DNA from: Terrabacter sp. Root85
GTDB taxonomy: Bacteria > Actinomycetota > Actinomycetes > Actinomycetales > Dermatophilaceae
Direction: 5' to 3'
DNA: 64,000 nucleotides
NCBI RefSeq assembly: GCF_001429185.1
Contig: NZ_LMIW01000001.1
Coordinates: forward strand, 582,439-646,438
Shown here: positions 56,534 to 64,000 of the stretch, one piece after another
Position numbering within the stretch: the stretch's first letter is position 1
Layout of the letters: every line of letters starts with the position of its first letter
Notes under the pieces: generated by a model
The model's input: only the letters and a program-made list of their open reading frames with translations
The model's database searches: none
Told to the model about the DNA's origin: nothing
Translations under genes and position numbers: made by a program

Positions 56534-57184
56534 TCAGGCGCGCAGTCGCGCCGGCCAGATCGCCGCGCTCCCGTGGTCGGCGAGCAGCGCTGCAGCCTCG
56601 AGCCGGGAGTGGACCCCGAGCTTGGTGAGCAGGTTCTGCACGTGCGTGCGCGCCGTGCTGTTCTGTACGCCGAGCCGGTGGGCGATCTGCTGCGTCGCCA
56701 GTCCCCTCGTGATGCACCACAGCACGTCCCACTCCCGGTCGGTCAGGAAGCGGAGGGCCCAGAGCGGGTCGTGGGCGGACGGAGGCAGGAAGGCGCGCTG
56801 CAGCAGCGTCGCCTCCACGGCGACCTGCCCCTCGACGGCCCGGTCGAGCATGAGGCAGATCGCATCGAGGGACATCGCCTTGCAGAGGAAGCCGGCAGCA
56901 CCGACGGAGAGGGCCCCGACGACCGCCTGGGGGTCGGCCGTCGCCGAGAGGACGACGACCTTGGTGCCCGGATGGCGTGCCGTCAGGACGCGCACCGCCT
57001 CGAGGCTCGTCCCGTCCGGGAAGTGCAGGTCGATGAGGCACACGTCGGGTGCGTACTCGGCGACCGCGGCGACGGCGGCGTCGGGCGCCAGGGTCAGCGC
57101 CACGACGTCGTGGCCGCGGGCCTCGAGGGAGGCGCCGAGAGCCTCGAGCAGGAGGCGATGGTCGTCGCAGACCACGATCCTCAT
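56534..57184 (-). CDS. NarL/LuxR-family response regulator
   Basis: ATG at 57184 (MRIVVCDDHRLLLEAL...CLIDLHFPDG). LuxR HTH (LTDREWDVLWCITRGLATQQIAHRLGVQNSTARTHVQNLLTKL). ATGA overlap with the kinase stop. Confidence 0.8.
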   Translation of the reverse strand: MRIVVCDDHRLLLEALGASLEARGHDVVALTLAPDAAVAAVAEYAPDVCLIDLHFPDGTSLEAVRVLTARHPGTKVVVLSATADPQAVVGALSVGAAGFLCKAMSLDAICLMLDRAVEGQVAVEATLLQRAFLPPSAHDPLWALRFLTDREWDVLWCITRGLATQQIAHRLGVQNSTARTHVQNLLTKLGVHSRLEAAALLADHGSAAIWPARLRA

Positions 57185-57861
57185 CGCGCCTCGGCCCACG
57201 GCAGGAGTGGCAGCTCGACCGTCGCGACAGCGCCCCCGTGGACACCGTTCTCGAGCCGGAGCCGTCCACGACACTCCTCGAGGACAGCTGCCACCGTCAC
57301 GAGACCGATGGAGTGCTGGGGCACGAGGCGCCCCAGCCCCGGCCCGTCGTCGACGACGGTCAGCACGGCCCACGGGGCGTTCGCACCGACGGCGACCGCC
57401 ACGTGCCCGTCCGTTCCTGCGGCCCGAGCAGCGTTGTCCAGCAAGCAGATCAACGCGCGGACGAGCGAGATGCGCGACGCGAGCACGGGCACGGGCCCCT
57501 CCGCCTCGATCGTGACCGTGGACGACGTGACGAGGGCACAGCACGACACCGCGTACGTCGCGACGTCCCTCAGGTCGAGCAGTCCCGGGTCGTCTCCGGG
57601 TGCGTCCCCCAGGACGGATCCCACGAGCTCGGTGAGCCAGGCGACCTCGTGCTGGATCCGGCTCAGGCGCTCCTTGCTGTCGAGGACCTGCGGGTCGGCG
57701 AGCAGGCTGATCGTGGCCAACGGCTGGATGAGGTCGTGGCACAGCGCGCGCATCGCGTCATCGCCACCCGGACGACGCGGCGCCCGGTGACCACCCTCGA
57801 TGAGTACGTCGCGACGAGGCTGCGCCTCACGACGGATGTAGTCCGACTTTCGGTTCGACAT
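57181..57861 (-). CDS. cytoplasmic (sensor-less) histidine kinase
   Basis: H-box (MRALCHDLIQPLATI). HATPase_c (LLDNAARAAGTDGHVAVAV...VVDDGPGLG...GLVTVAAVLEECRGRLRLE). No TM helices and no sensor domain. 226 aa. Confidence 0.7.
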   Translation of the reverse strand: MSNRKSDYIRREAQPRRDVLIEGGHRAPRRPGGDDAMRALCHDLIQPLATISLLADPQVLDSKERLSRIQHEVAWLTELVGSVLGDAPGDDPGLLDLRDVATYAVSCCALVTSSTVTIEAEGPVPVLASRISLVRALICLLDNAARAAGTDGHVAVAVGANAPWAVLTVVDDGPGLGRLVPQHSIGLVTVAAVLEECRGRLRLENGVHGGAVATVELPLLPWAEAR

Positions 57862-58306
57862 GCGGTCCCCCCGGACTTGTCTTGTGTACTCAGGCCGAGA
57901 ACCCCGCTCGGCCCGGGTCAGGCGGTGACACGGCAGAGCACCGTCGCGTCCGGCGACGGATCATCACCCATCCCAACGGGTGACGTGACGGGATCTGACC
58001 GACGCGGCGGCAGCCGCCGGGCGCCCCAGCACCCGACGCACATCCGACCCCCCAGGTCGGAAGGCTGCCGTCTCACTGTCATCACTCAGGTCCAGAACTG
58101 TAGGAGCCAAGGCCCACTCCCGGCCCTCCGCCGGTCGTGGACCTAGTGGTGAGGAGTCGGCGACCTCCTGCCGTTTCACGGTAACACCGGGTGACGGCGA
58201 CTGAGCACGATCGAGCGAGGATCGCCGAGTTCCCTTGCACGAACTGGACATCCGACACAACTCTCCCGTTCGCAGGCGCAAGAACGCCGACGAGGAGATC
58301 CTCGGC

Positions 58307-59083
58307 TCAGCGGCGGACGAGACGCGCCCGGCGGCGCACGACCGACCGAGGCACGACGCGGAGCAGCCCGACGATCGCCTTGTACTGCAGGCCAGGGACC
58401 GAGACGACCCGGCCCTTGTCGACGTCGTCGAGGCAGTCGGAGACGAGCCGCGTCGGGTCGAGCCACATGAAGTCGGGGCCCGGCTTGCTGATCCCCGCGC
58501 GCTGCTGGAACTCGGTGTTGGTGAAGCCGGGGCACAGGGCCGTCACCGTGACCCCCGAACCGGCGAGCTCGCTCGCGAGCCCCTCGCTGAAGGTCGTGAC
58601 CCACGCCTTGGCTGCGGAGTAGGACCCGGAGGCGATGAAGCCGGCCACCGACGAGACGTTGACGATGCGGCCCCGGCCGCGCTCGCGCATCGCGACACCG
58701 GCCGCGTGCGAGAGGACGAGCACCGCCCGCGTCAGCACGTCGAAGGCGGCCTCCTCGACGGCGACGTCGTTGCGCAGGAAGCTGCGGCGCTGGCCGTAGC
58801 CGGCATTGTTGACGAGCACGTCGACGGGACGCTCGGGGTCGGCGACGCGGTCGGCGACCGTCTGCAGGGCCGACCGGTCCGAGAGGTCGGCGACGAGCAC
58901 CTCGGCCGTGACGGCGTACCTGCTCGTCAGCTCGGCGGCGACGGCGTCGAGGCGCTCACGGTCGCGCGCGACGAGGACCAGGTCGTGCTGGCGGGCGGCG
59001 AGCTGCCGCGCGAACTCGTGTCCGATGCCGGCGCTCGCGCCGGTGACGAGGGCCGTGGGTCGCGTCGTGCGCGGTGCAGTCAT
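58307..59083 (-). CDS. SDR family oxidoreductase (short-chain dehydrogenase)
   Basis: ATG at 59083. Cofactor motif TGASAGIG, NNAG, and the catalytic tetrad region (S...YSAAK). Confidence 0.85.
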   Translation of the reverse strand: MTAPRTTRPTALVTGASAGIGHEFARQLAARQHDLVLVARDRERLDAVAAELTSRYAVTAEVLVADLSDRSALQTVADRVADPERPVDVLVNNAGYGQRRSFLRNDVAVEEAAFDVLTRAVLVLSHAAGVAMRERGRGRIVNVSSVAGFIASGSYSAAKAWVTTFSEGLASELAGSGVTVTALCPGFTNTEFQQRAGISKPGPDFMWLDPTRLVSDCLDDVDKGRVVSVPGLQYKAIVGLLRVVPRSVVRRRARLVRR

Positions 59084-59135
59084 GTGGCTCACCCTAGGGA
59101 TCGGCCGTCGGCGCGGCGGTCTAGGGTGGCCGACT

Positions 59136-59960
59136 GTGCGCATCGCCACCTGGAACGTCAACTCCATCCGATCCCGCGTCGACCGCGTCGCCGCCTGGCT
59201 CGAGCGCAGCGACGTCGACGTGCTCGCGATCCAGGAGACCAAGGCGCGCGCCGACCAGTTCCCGCTCGAGCGGTTCGAGGCTCTCGGCTACGAGGTCGCC
59301 CACCACGGGCTGAGCCAGTGGAACGGCGTCGCCGTCGTCTCGCGCGTCGGTCTCGAGGACGTGCAGGTCGGGTTCGACGGGATGCCGGGCTGGGGCGACC
59401 CGGTCGCGCCCGAGGCGCGCGCCATCAGCGCGCTGTGCGACGGCGTACGCGTGTGGTCCCTCTACGTCCCGAACGGCCGCTCGCTCGACGACCCGCACCT
59501 CGCGTACAAGCTGGGCTGGCTCGAGGCGCTGGCGGCTGCCGGTCGCGGATGGCTGGCCGACGACCCCGGGGCGCAGATCGCCCTGCTCGGCGACTGGAAC
59601 ATCGCGCCGACCGACGCCGACGTGTGGAGCGTCCCGTACTACGAGGACAAGACCCACACCTCGCCCGGTGAGCGCGCCGCCTTCCAGGGCGTCGTCGACG
59701 CCGGCTTCAGCGACGTCGTGCGCCCGCACACGAGCGAGCCCGGCACCTTCACCTACTGGGACTACACGCAGCTGCGCTTCCAGAAGCGGCAGGGCATGCG
59801 CATCGACTTCGCGCTGTGCTCCCCCGCCCTCGCCGACCGCGTCGTCGGTGCCGCCATCGACCGCGAGGAGCGCAAGGGCAAGGGTGCCTCCGACCACGCG
59901 CCCGTCGTCTTCCAGGTCGGCAACGCCGAGCCCGTCGGGACGACGGGGTCCGACGCGTGA
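59136..59960 (+). CDS. xthA: exodeoxyribonuclease III
   Basis: GTG at 59136 (VRIATWNVNSIRSR...). ExoIII motifs (LAIQETK, LLGDWNIAPTDADVW, SDHAPV). Confidence 0.85.
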   Translation: MRIATWNVNSIRSRVDRVAAWLERSDVDVLAIQETKARADQFPLERFEALGYEVAHHGLSQWNGVAVVSRVGLEDVQVGFDGMPGWGDPVAPEARAISALCDGVRVWSLYVPNGRSLDDPHLAYKLGWLEALAAAGRGWLADDPGAQIALLGDWNIAPTDADVWSVPYYEDKTHTSPGERAAFQGVVDAGFSDVVRPHTSEPGTFTYWDYTQLRFQKRQGMRIDFALCSPALADRVVGAAIDREERKGKGASDHAPVVFQVGNAEPVGTTGSDA

Positions 59961-60847
59961 GGCGCCACGACCGCCGCGGCATCGTCACGCCGGACGGCGC
60001 CATCCTGTCGGTGCACACCCACGTCGACCCGGAGCTGCCGTCGGACGCGCCGACGCTCGTCCTTGCCCACGGGTGGGCCGTCGACCACGAGAACTGGATG
60101 CCGGTCGTCGAGCAGCTCGCCGACGAGCCGATCCGGGTCGTGCTGTGGGACCAGCGGGGGCACGGACGCTCGACGCTCGGGCTGCGTCGGGCCGAGATCG
60201 CGTCGATGTCGGTCGGGCACACGGGACGCGACCTCGAGGTCGTGCTGCGCAGTGTCGTGCCGCCCGCCTCCCCGGTGCTGCTCGCCGGACACTCGATGGG
60301 CGGCATGACCGTCATGGCGCTCGCCGAGCAGCGGCCCGACCTCTTCGGCACACGCGTGCGGGCGGCGCTCCTCGTCGCGACCGCGGCCTCCCACGTCGCC
60401 CTCGGCGAACGCACCGGTGAGGCGGCCGTCATGCGGCTGGCCGCCCGCGGCCTGCCCCTTCCCCCCGGCGGCAACGCCAGGATCCGCGCCCTCGTGCGCG
60501 GCCTCTTCGGCGAGGACGCCGACCCGGCGGACGTGGAGACCGCCTGCGAGCAGGTGGCCGCCACGAAGCTGACGACGTTCGCCGCCTTCTACGGTGCGCT
60601 GCTCACCGTCGACCAGCGGGCCGGCTTCCCCGCCCTCGAACGCGTGCGTGTCGCCATCGTCGCCGGCCGCCTGGACCCGCTCATGCCGGTGACGCGGGCG
60701 CGCGCGCTGCGCGTCGCCCTGCCGCACGCGACGTTCGTCGACATCCCCCGCGCCGGCCACATGCTGCCGTGGGAGGCGACCGACGTCGTCGCCGACGAGG
60801 TACGCGGTCTGCTCGCCGAGCTGCGCGCCCGGCCCGCCACCGTCTGA
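59957..60847 (+). CDS. alpha/beta hydrolase
   Basis: GTG overlapping the xthA stop (GTGA). Nucleophile elbow (GHSMGG). C-terminal motif (RAGHMLPWE). Confidence 0.75.
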   Translation: MRRHDRRGIVTPDGAILSVHTHVDPELPSDAPTLVLAHGWAVDHENWMPVVEQLADEPIRVVLWDQRGHGRSTLGLRRAEIASMSVGHTGRDLEVVLRSVVPPASPVLLAGHSMGGMTVMALAEQRPDLFGTRVRAALLVATAASHVALGERTGEAAVMRLAARGLPLPPGGNARIRALVRGLFGEDADPADVETACEQVAATKLTTFAAFYGALLTVDQRAGFPALERVRVAIVAGRLDPLMPVTRARALRVALPHATFVDIPRAGHMLPWEATDVVADEVRGLLAELRARPATV

Positions 60848-60966
60848 GTCCCGGGCAGGACGTCCGAGCGGCGTCGCCTCAGAGGGCGACGAAGCGGGGC
60901 CCGCCACCGTCTGAGTCCCGGGCAGGACGTCCGAGCGGCGTCGCCTCAGAGGGCGACGAAGCGGGG
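60833..60966. repeat. perfect 67-bp tandem duplication spanning the convergent gene ends
   Basis: Bases 60833-60899 and 60900-60966 are identical (CCCGCCACCGTCTGAGTCCCGGGCAGGACGTCCGAGCGGCGTCGCCTCAGAGGGCGACGAAGCGGGG). Each copy contains the hairpin GTCGCC-tcagag-GGCGAC. Confidence 0.8.
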
Positions 60967-62697
60967 TGCGTCGGCGTCTGCAGGCTCGGCAGCGCTCGTC
61001 CGGCGGCCCACCCCCAGGGTGAACGCCACGCCGGCCCCGAGCAGGGCGGCGATCGCGCCCCCGAGGAAGACCGTCTGCACCTGCACGACGCCGGCCCCGA
61101 TGAGCGCGTCCGTGTCGAGCTGGTCCGGCAGCCGGCGCACCGCGTCGAAGTAGCGGTTGAGCCCGATCGACGTGAGGAGCGCGAGCCCGACGACCATGCC
61201 GACCATCCGGGCCACGACGACGAGCGAGCTCGCGACCCCGTGCGCGTCGGCCGGGGAGTCTGCGAGCGCCGCGTTGTTGACCGGTGCGAGCGCGAGGCCC
61301 ATGCCCAGGCCGACGACGACCAGGACGACGGTCGCCGGGACGGTGTCGCCGACCGACGCGAGCGTCCAGCGCGACATGACGACGAGGCCGACCCCGGCGA
61401 GGAGCAGCCCGGCGCCGGCGACGGCACCGTCACCGAGGCGGCGCAGCGACCAGCCGCCGACGAGGGCCCCGACGGGCACGGCGAGGAGGAAACGGACGAG
61501 GACGAGCGCCGCACCGGTCTCGTCGTAGGTGTCGGTGAGCCGCGCGAGGAGCGGCACGTCGACGACGACCGAGACGAGGGCCGCCCCGACGAGGAGGCTG
61601 ACGACGAGCGAGCGGCTGCCACGGGCCCCGACGACGCCACGAGGGATGAGCGGGTCGGCCGCGTGACGGTGCCACCACACGAGGGCGACGAGGGCGACGG
61701 CGCCGACGGGCAGCAGGCTGTAGCCGAGTGGGCCGACGACCTCCTTCTCCGGGTCGGAGGACGCGAAGGTCAGCACCAGGCTGCCGAGCGCGACGGCCAC
61801 GAGCAGTGCGCCCACGAGGTCGGCCCGCCGCAGGACGGCCCACCACCGGGGCGCCGTCAGCACCGCGACGACGACGAGCAGCGCGAGGCCGACGACACCG
61901 ACCGGGGTCAGCACGCGCGAGCTGCCGGCGAAGGGCACGAAGGGCGCGCCGAGGGTCACGTCGGTGACGAGCGCCTCAGGAGCCGCGAGCGCGAGCCCGG
62001 TCACGGCGAGACCGACGACGAGCAGCACGGCCGTGATCGCCGACAGGACGCGGCGGCTACCGGAGGGCGTGGGGCGCGGCACGTCAGCCGACCCCTGCGT
62101 GCCCGCGCGGGGACCGAGGAGGTGGATGACGGCATACAGCACGAGGGCAGCGGCGACGTTGAGCCAGAAGATCGCCCGCCATCCGGACCACGCCAGCACG
62201 ACCGCGCCGAGGACCGGCCCGAGCACCGAGCCGAGCTCCTGCACGGCGCCGACGACCCCGAGTGGCGTCCCACGACGGTGCGGCGGCCAGAGGTCCGCGA
62301 CAAGGGCGAGGGTGGCCGGGACGAGACCGCCGCCACCGATGCCCTGGAGCACCCGACCGGTCACGAGCACCGGCATCTCGACGGCGAGCGCCGTGACGGC
62401 CGAGCCGGCGACGAAGACGAGGAGGCACCCGAGCAGGATGCGCCGGCGGTCGAGCAGGTCGGAGAGCCGGCCGATGAGGGGCAGCACCGCGATGTAGCCG
62501 AGGAGGAAGCCGGAGATGATCGGTGTCGCCCGCTGGAGGGCGTCGATGCCGATGCCGACGCCGGCCATCATGTCGGTGAGCGCGAGGACGACGACGTACG
62601 TGTCGGCGGCGGCCAGCGCGACCGCGGCGGACGCGGCCGAGAGCAGCGCGAGGCGATGCGTGCCGGCAGCGGCCCCGGACGGGTGTGGTGTCGTCAC
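60946..62697 (-). CDS. MFS transporter, DHA2 (14-TMS) family
   Basis: 583 aa, about 14 TM helices. MFS motif (GRLSDLLDRRRILL). Located downstream of an LprG-like lipoprotein gene. Confidence 0.8.
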   Translation of the reverse strand: MTTPHPSGAAAGTHRLALLSAASAAVALAAADTYVVVLALTDMMAGVGIGIDALQRATPIISGFLLGYIAVLPLIGRLSDLLDRRRILLGCLLVFVAGSAVTALAVEMPVLVTGRVLQGIGGGGLVPATLALVADLWPPHRRGTPLGVVGAVQELGSVLGPVLGAVVLAWSGWRAIFWLNVAAALVLYAVIHLLGPRAGTQGSADVPRPTPSGSRRVLSAITAVLLVVGLAVTGLALAAPEALVTDVTLGAPFVPFAGSSRVLTPVGVVGLALLVVVAVLTAPRWWAVLRRADLVGALLVAVALGSLVLTFASSDPEKEVVGPLGYSLLPVGAVALVALVWWHRHAADPLIPRGVVGARGSRSLVVSLLVGAALVSVVVDVPLLARLTDTYDETGAALVLVRFLLAVPVGALVGGWSLRRLGDGAVAGAGLLLAGVGLVVMSRWTLASVGDTVPATVVLVVVGLGMGLALAPVNNAALADSPADAHGVASSLVVVARMVGMVVGLALLTSIGLNRYFDAVRRLPDQLDTDALIGAGVVQVQTVFLGGAIAALLGAGVAFTLGVGRRTSAAEPADADAPRFVAL

Positions 62698-62704
62698 CGG
62701 CGCG

Positions 62705-63415
62705 TCAGGGCTTGGTGATGGTGACGGGCTGGCCGTACTGGTCGAGCGTCAGGGTGTAGGTCGACGTCGTGCCGGCGCCGAAGAACGGGCCCGTGATGAC
62801 GACCTGGCGCAGCTCCTGGGAGTCCGTGAGGCCGTAGGTCGCCTGGAACGTGCCGTTGGGGTCGCCGATGAGGAAGAGGTCGGTGACGGCCTTGCCGGGC
62901 ACGGTGCCCTTGATCGTCGTCAGCACCTCGGAGCCCTGGCGCACCTTCTCGCCCGCGACCGGGGAGGTCGTCGCGGTGAGGAGCGTCGTCAGCCCCTTGT
63001 CGGGTGAGAAGAGGACGGCCGGGTCGGGAAGGCCGAAGGTCTTGGGGTCGATCTTGTTGGTGCCCGGGACGAGCGGCAGCTTGGCGTAGACTTCGCCGTC
63101 GAGCGAGGTGATCTCGGCGTCGGCCTGGATACCGTTGAGCGTCACCTTGAAGGTGCCCTTGAAGGCCGGTGGGTGCTTGCCCCAGCCGTCCGCCGACACG
63201 ACACCGCTCGCACCCTGCGGGACGTTGCTGCTCGCGAGCCCCAGGTGCACGGACGGTGCGGCGTCGACCGTGGCCTTGGCGGCCGCGAGCTGCTGGGCCG
63301 GCGAGAGCTGCGACGCGCTCGGCGTCGACCCGTCCGGGCTGCTCGAGCAGGAGGCCACCCCGACGACGCAGAGCGCCGAGAGGGCAGCGGCGGCGAGCGT
63401 TCCCGTGATGCGCAT
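62705..63415 (-). CDS. LppX/LprAFG family lipoprotein (LprG-like lipid-binding lipoprotein)
   Basis: Lipobox (ALCVVGVASCSSS). 236 aa. Sequence resembles LprG/LppX (TFKVTLNGIQADAEITSLDGEVYAKLPLVPG). Adjacent to the MFS gene, as in the mycobacterial lprG-p55 arrangement. Confidence 0.65.
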   Translation of the reverse strand: MRITGTLAAAALSALCVVGVASCSSSPDGSTPSASQLSPAQQLAAAKATVDAAPSVHLGLASSNVPQGASGVVSADGWGKHPPAFKGTFKVTLNGIQADAEITSLDGEVYAKLPLVPGTNKIDPKTFGLPDPAVLFSPDKGLTTLLTATTSPVAGEKVRQGSEVLTTIKGTVPGKAVTDLFLIGDPNGTFQATYGLTDSQELRQVVITGPFFGAGTTSTYTLTLDQYGQPVTITKP

Positions 63416-63535
63416 GGGGGTCAGGCTAACCGAGGAGGCTCCTCCCCTCGGTCCGCCACGGCAATGTGGGTATGGCTAGGGTCGGGGACGATCACGGCGG
63501 GACAACCCTGCCACCAGACGAAGGAGCACGAACCC

Positions 63536-64000
63536 ATGGCCCTGCTCGGAGTGATCCTGCTGCTCGTCGGCGCCGGAGTCGGCGTCGTCTCCTACCTGGC
63601 GACCCACGCCGCCGCCGGGACGGTCGCCGTCACGGCCTTCGGCTTCACGCGCAACGCGACGCCGCTCGAGCTCGTCGTCTACGGCGCCGCCGCGGTCCTG
63701 CTCTTCGCGCTCGGCTGGGCCATGGTCTCGGCCGCCGCCCGCCGCCGTGCCCGCCTGCGCCGCGAGGACAAGGAGGCGACCCACGTCACCGAGCTCGAGG
63801 AGAACGCCGAGGCCGCACGCCTCGACCACGAACGCCGCTTCGAGGAGGCCGGCCTGCGGGACGAGGACCTGCGCCGCCGCGAGAGCGAGCTGTCGGCCCG
63901 CCACGAGGGCCTCGACACCCGTGAGGCCGAGCTGTCGCGCCGCGAGGCGGAGTGGCGCGAGCGCGAGGGCCCGTCGGTCGCCGACGTCGTGACCGGCCGC
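63536..64000 (+). CDS. membrane protein with coiled-coil region (partial, continues beyond window)
   Basis: ATG at 63536 with GAAGGAG upstream. Two TM helices, then an Arg/Glu-rich coiled-coil. The ORF runs off the window end. Confidence 0.5.
   Translation, partial: MALLGVILLLVGAGVGVVSYLATHAAAGTVAVTAFGFTRNATPLELVVYGAAAVLLFALGWAMVSAAARRRARLRREDKEATHVTELEENAEAARLDHERRFEEAGLRDEDLRRRESELSARHEGLDTREAELSRREAEWREREGPSVADVVTGR

Noticed and set aside
57850-57866. GGTTCGACATGCGGTCC resembling a tRNA T-arm
   Set aside because: The flanking sequence does not form acceptor, D or anticodon arms. It is likely a coincidental match.
57964-58281. 105-aa ORF in the 445-bp gap
   Set aside because: The composition is Arg/Ser/Pro-rich with no RBS and no motifs. 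It is more likely non-coding leader or promoter sequence.

Overview
This 64 kb window is high-GC (about 70%) and reads as actinobacterial chromosome, very gene-dense. Long antisense 'shadow' ORFs are abundant and were discounted. No rRNA, tRNA, CRISPR array or transposase was recognised.

The backbone is conserved housekeeping synteny. It includes purC and purD with an ECF sigma factor embedded between them, an HelD-like helicase, a secreted M4 metalloprotease, class-I lysS, purA, a HAD phosphatase, a DUF3151 gene, class-II fba, pyrE, xthA and two citrate-synthase-like genes.

Accessory content includes several GNAT acetyltransferases, a DUF222/HNH gene and a decayed DUF664 remnant. There is a HisKA_3 kinase / NarL regulator / ABC-2 transporter module, two mycothiol-type DinB-like enzymes, a secreted beta-helix protein and an MBL-fold/Rieske fusion protein.

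The most unusual region is a roughly 13.5 kb minus-strand operon (42.1-55.6 kb) of 12 translationally coupled genes, most junctions being 4-bp ATGA/GTGA overlaps. It combines a Wzx/Wzy-type glycan assembly set: DegT aminotransferase, CapD/PglF-like dehydratase, a Wzz-like co-polymerase with a degenerate C-terminal domain, a GT4 glycosyltransferase, an O-antigen-ligase/Wzy-like protein, a Wzx-like flippase, a lipoprotein and an initiating sugar-phosphate transferase. Embedded in that set are proteins not normally found in such loci. These are an RtcB-family RNA-ligase-like protein, an HprK-like P-loop protein, an APH/choline-kinase-fold phosphotransferase and a small unknown protein.

Immediately upstream sits a sensor-less cytoplasmic histidine kinase, a NarL/LuxR response regulator and a second LuxR-type regulator that lacks the phospho-acceptor pocket. 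I consider this locus a candidate for an undescribed glycoconjugate or polymer modification system.

A second highlight is a divergent pair of a citrate synthase and an HTH-citrate-synthase fusion protein, separated by a dense palindromic operator array.
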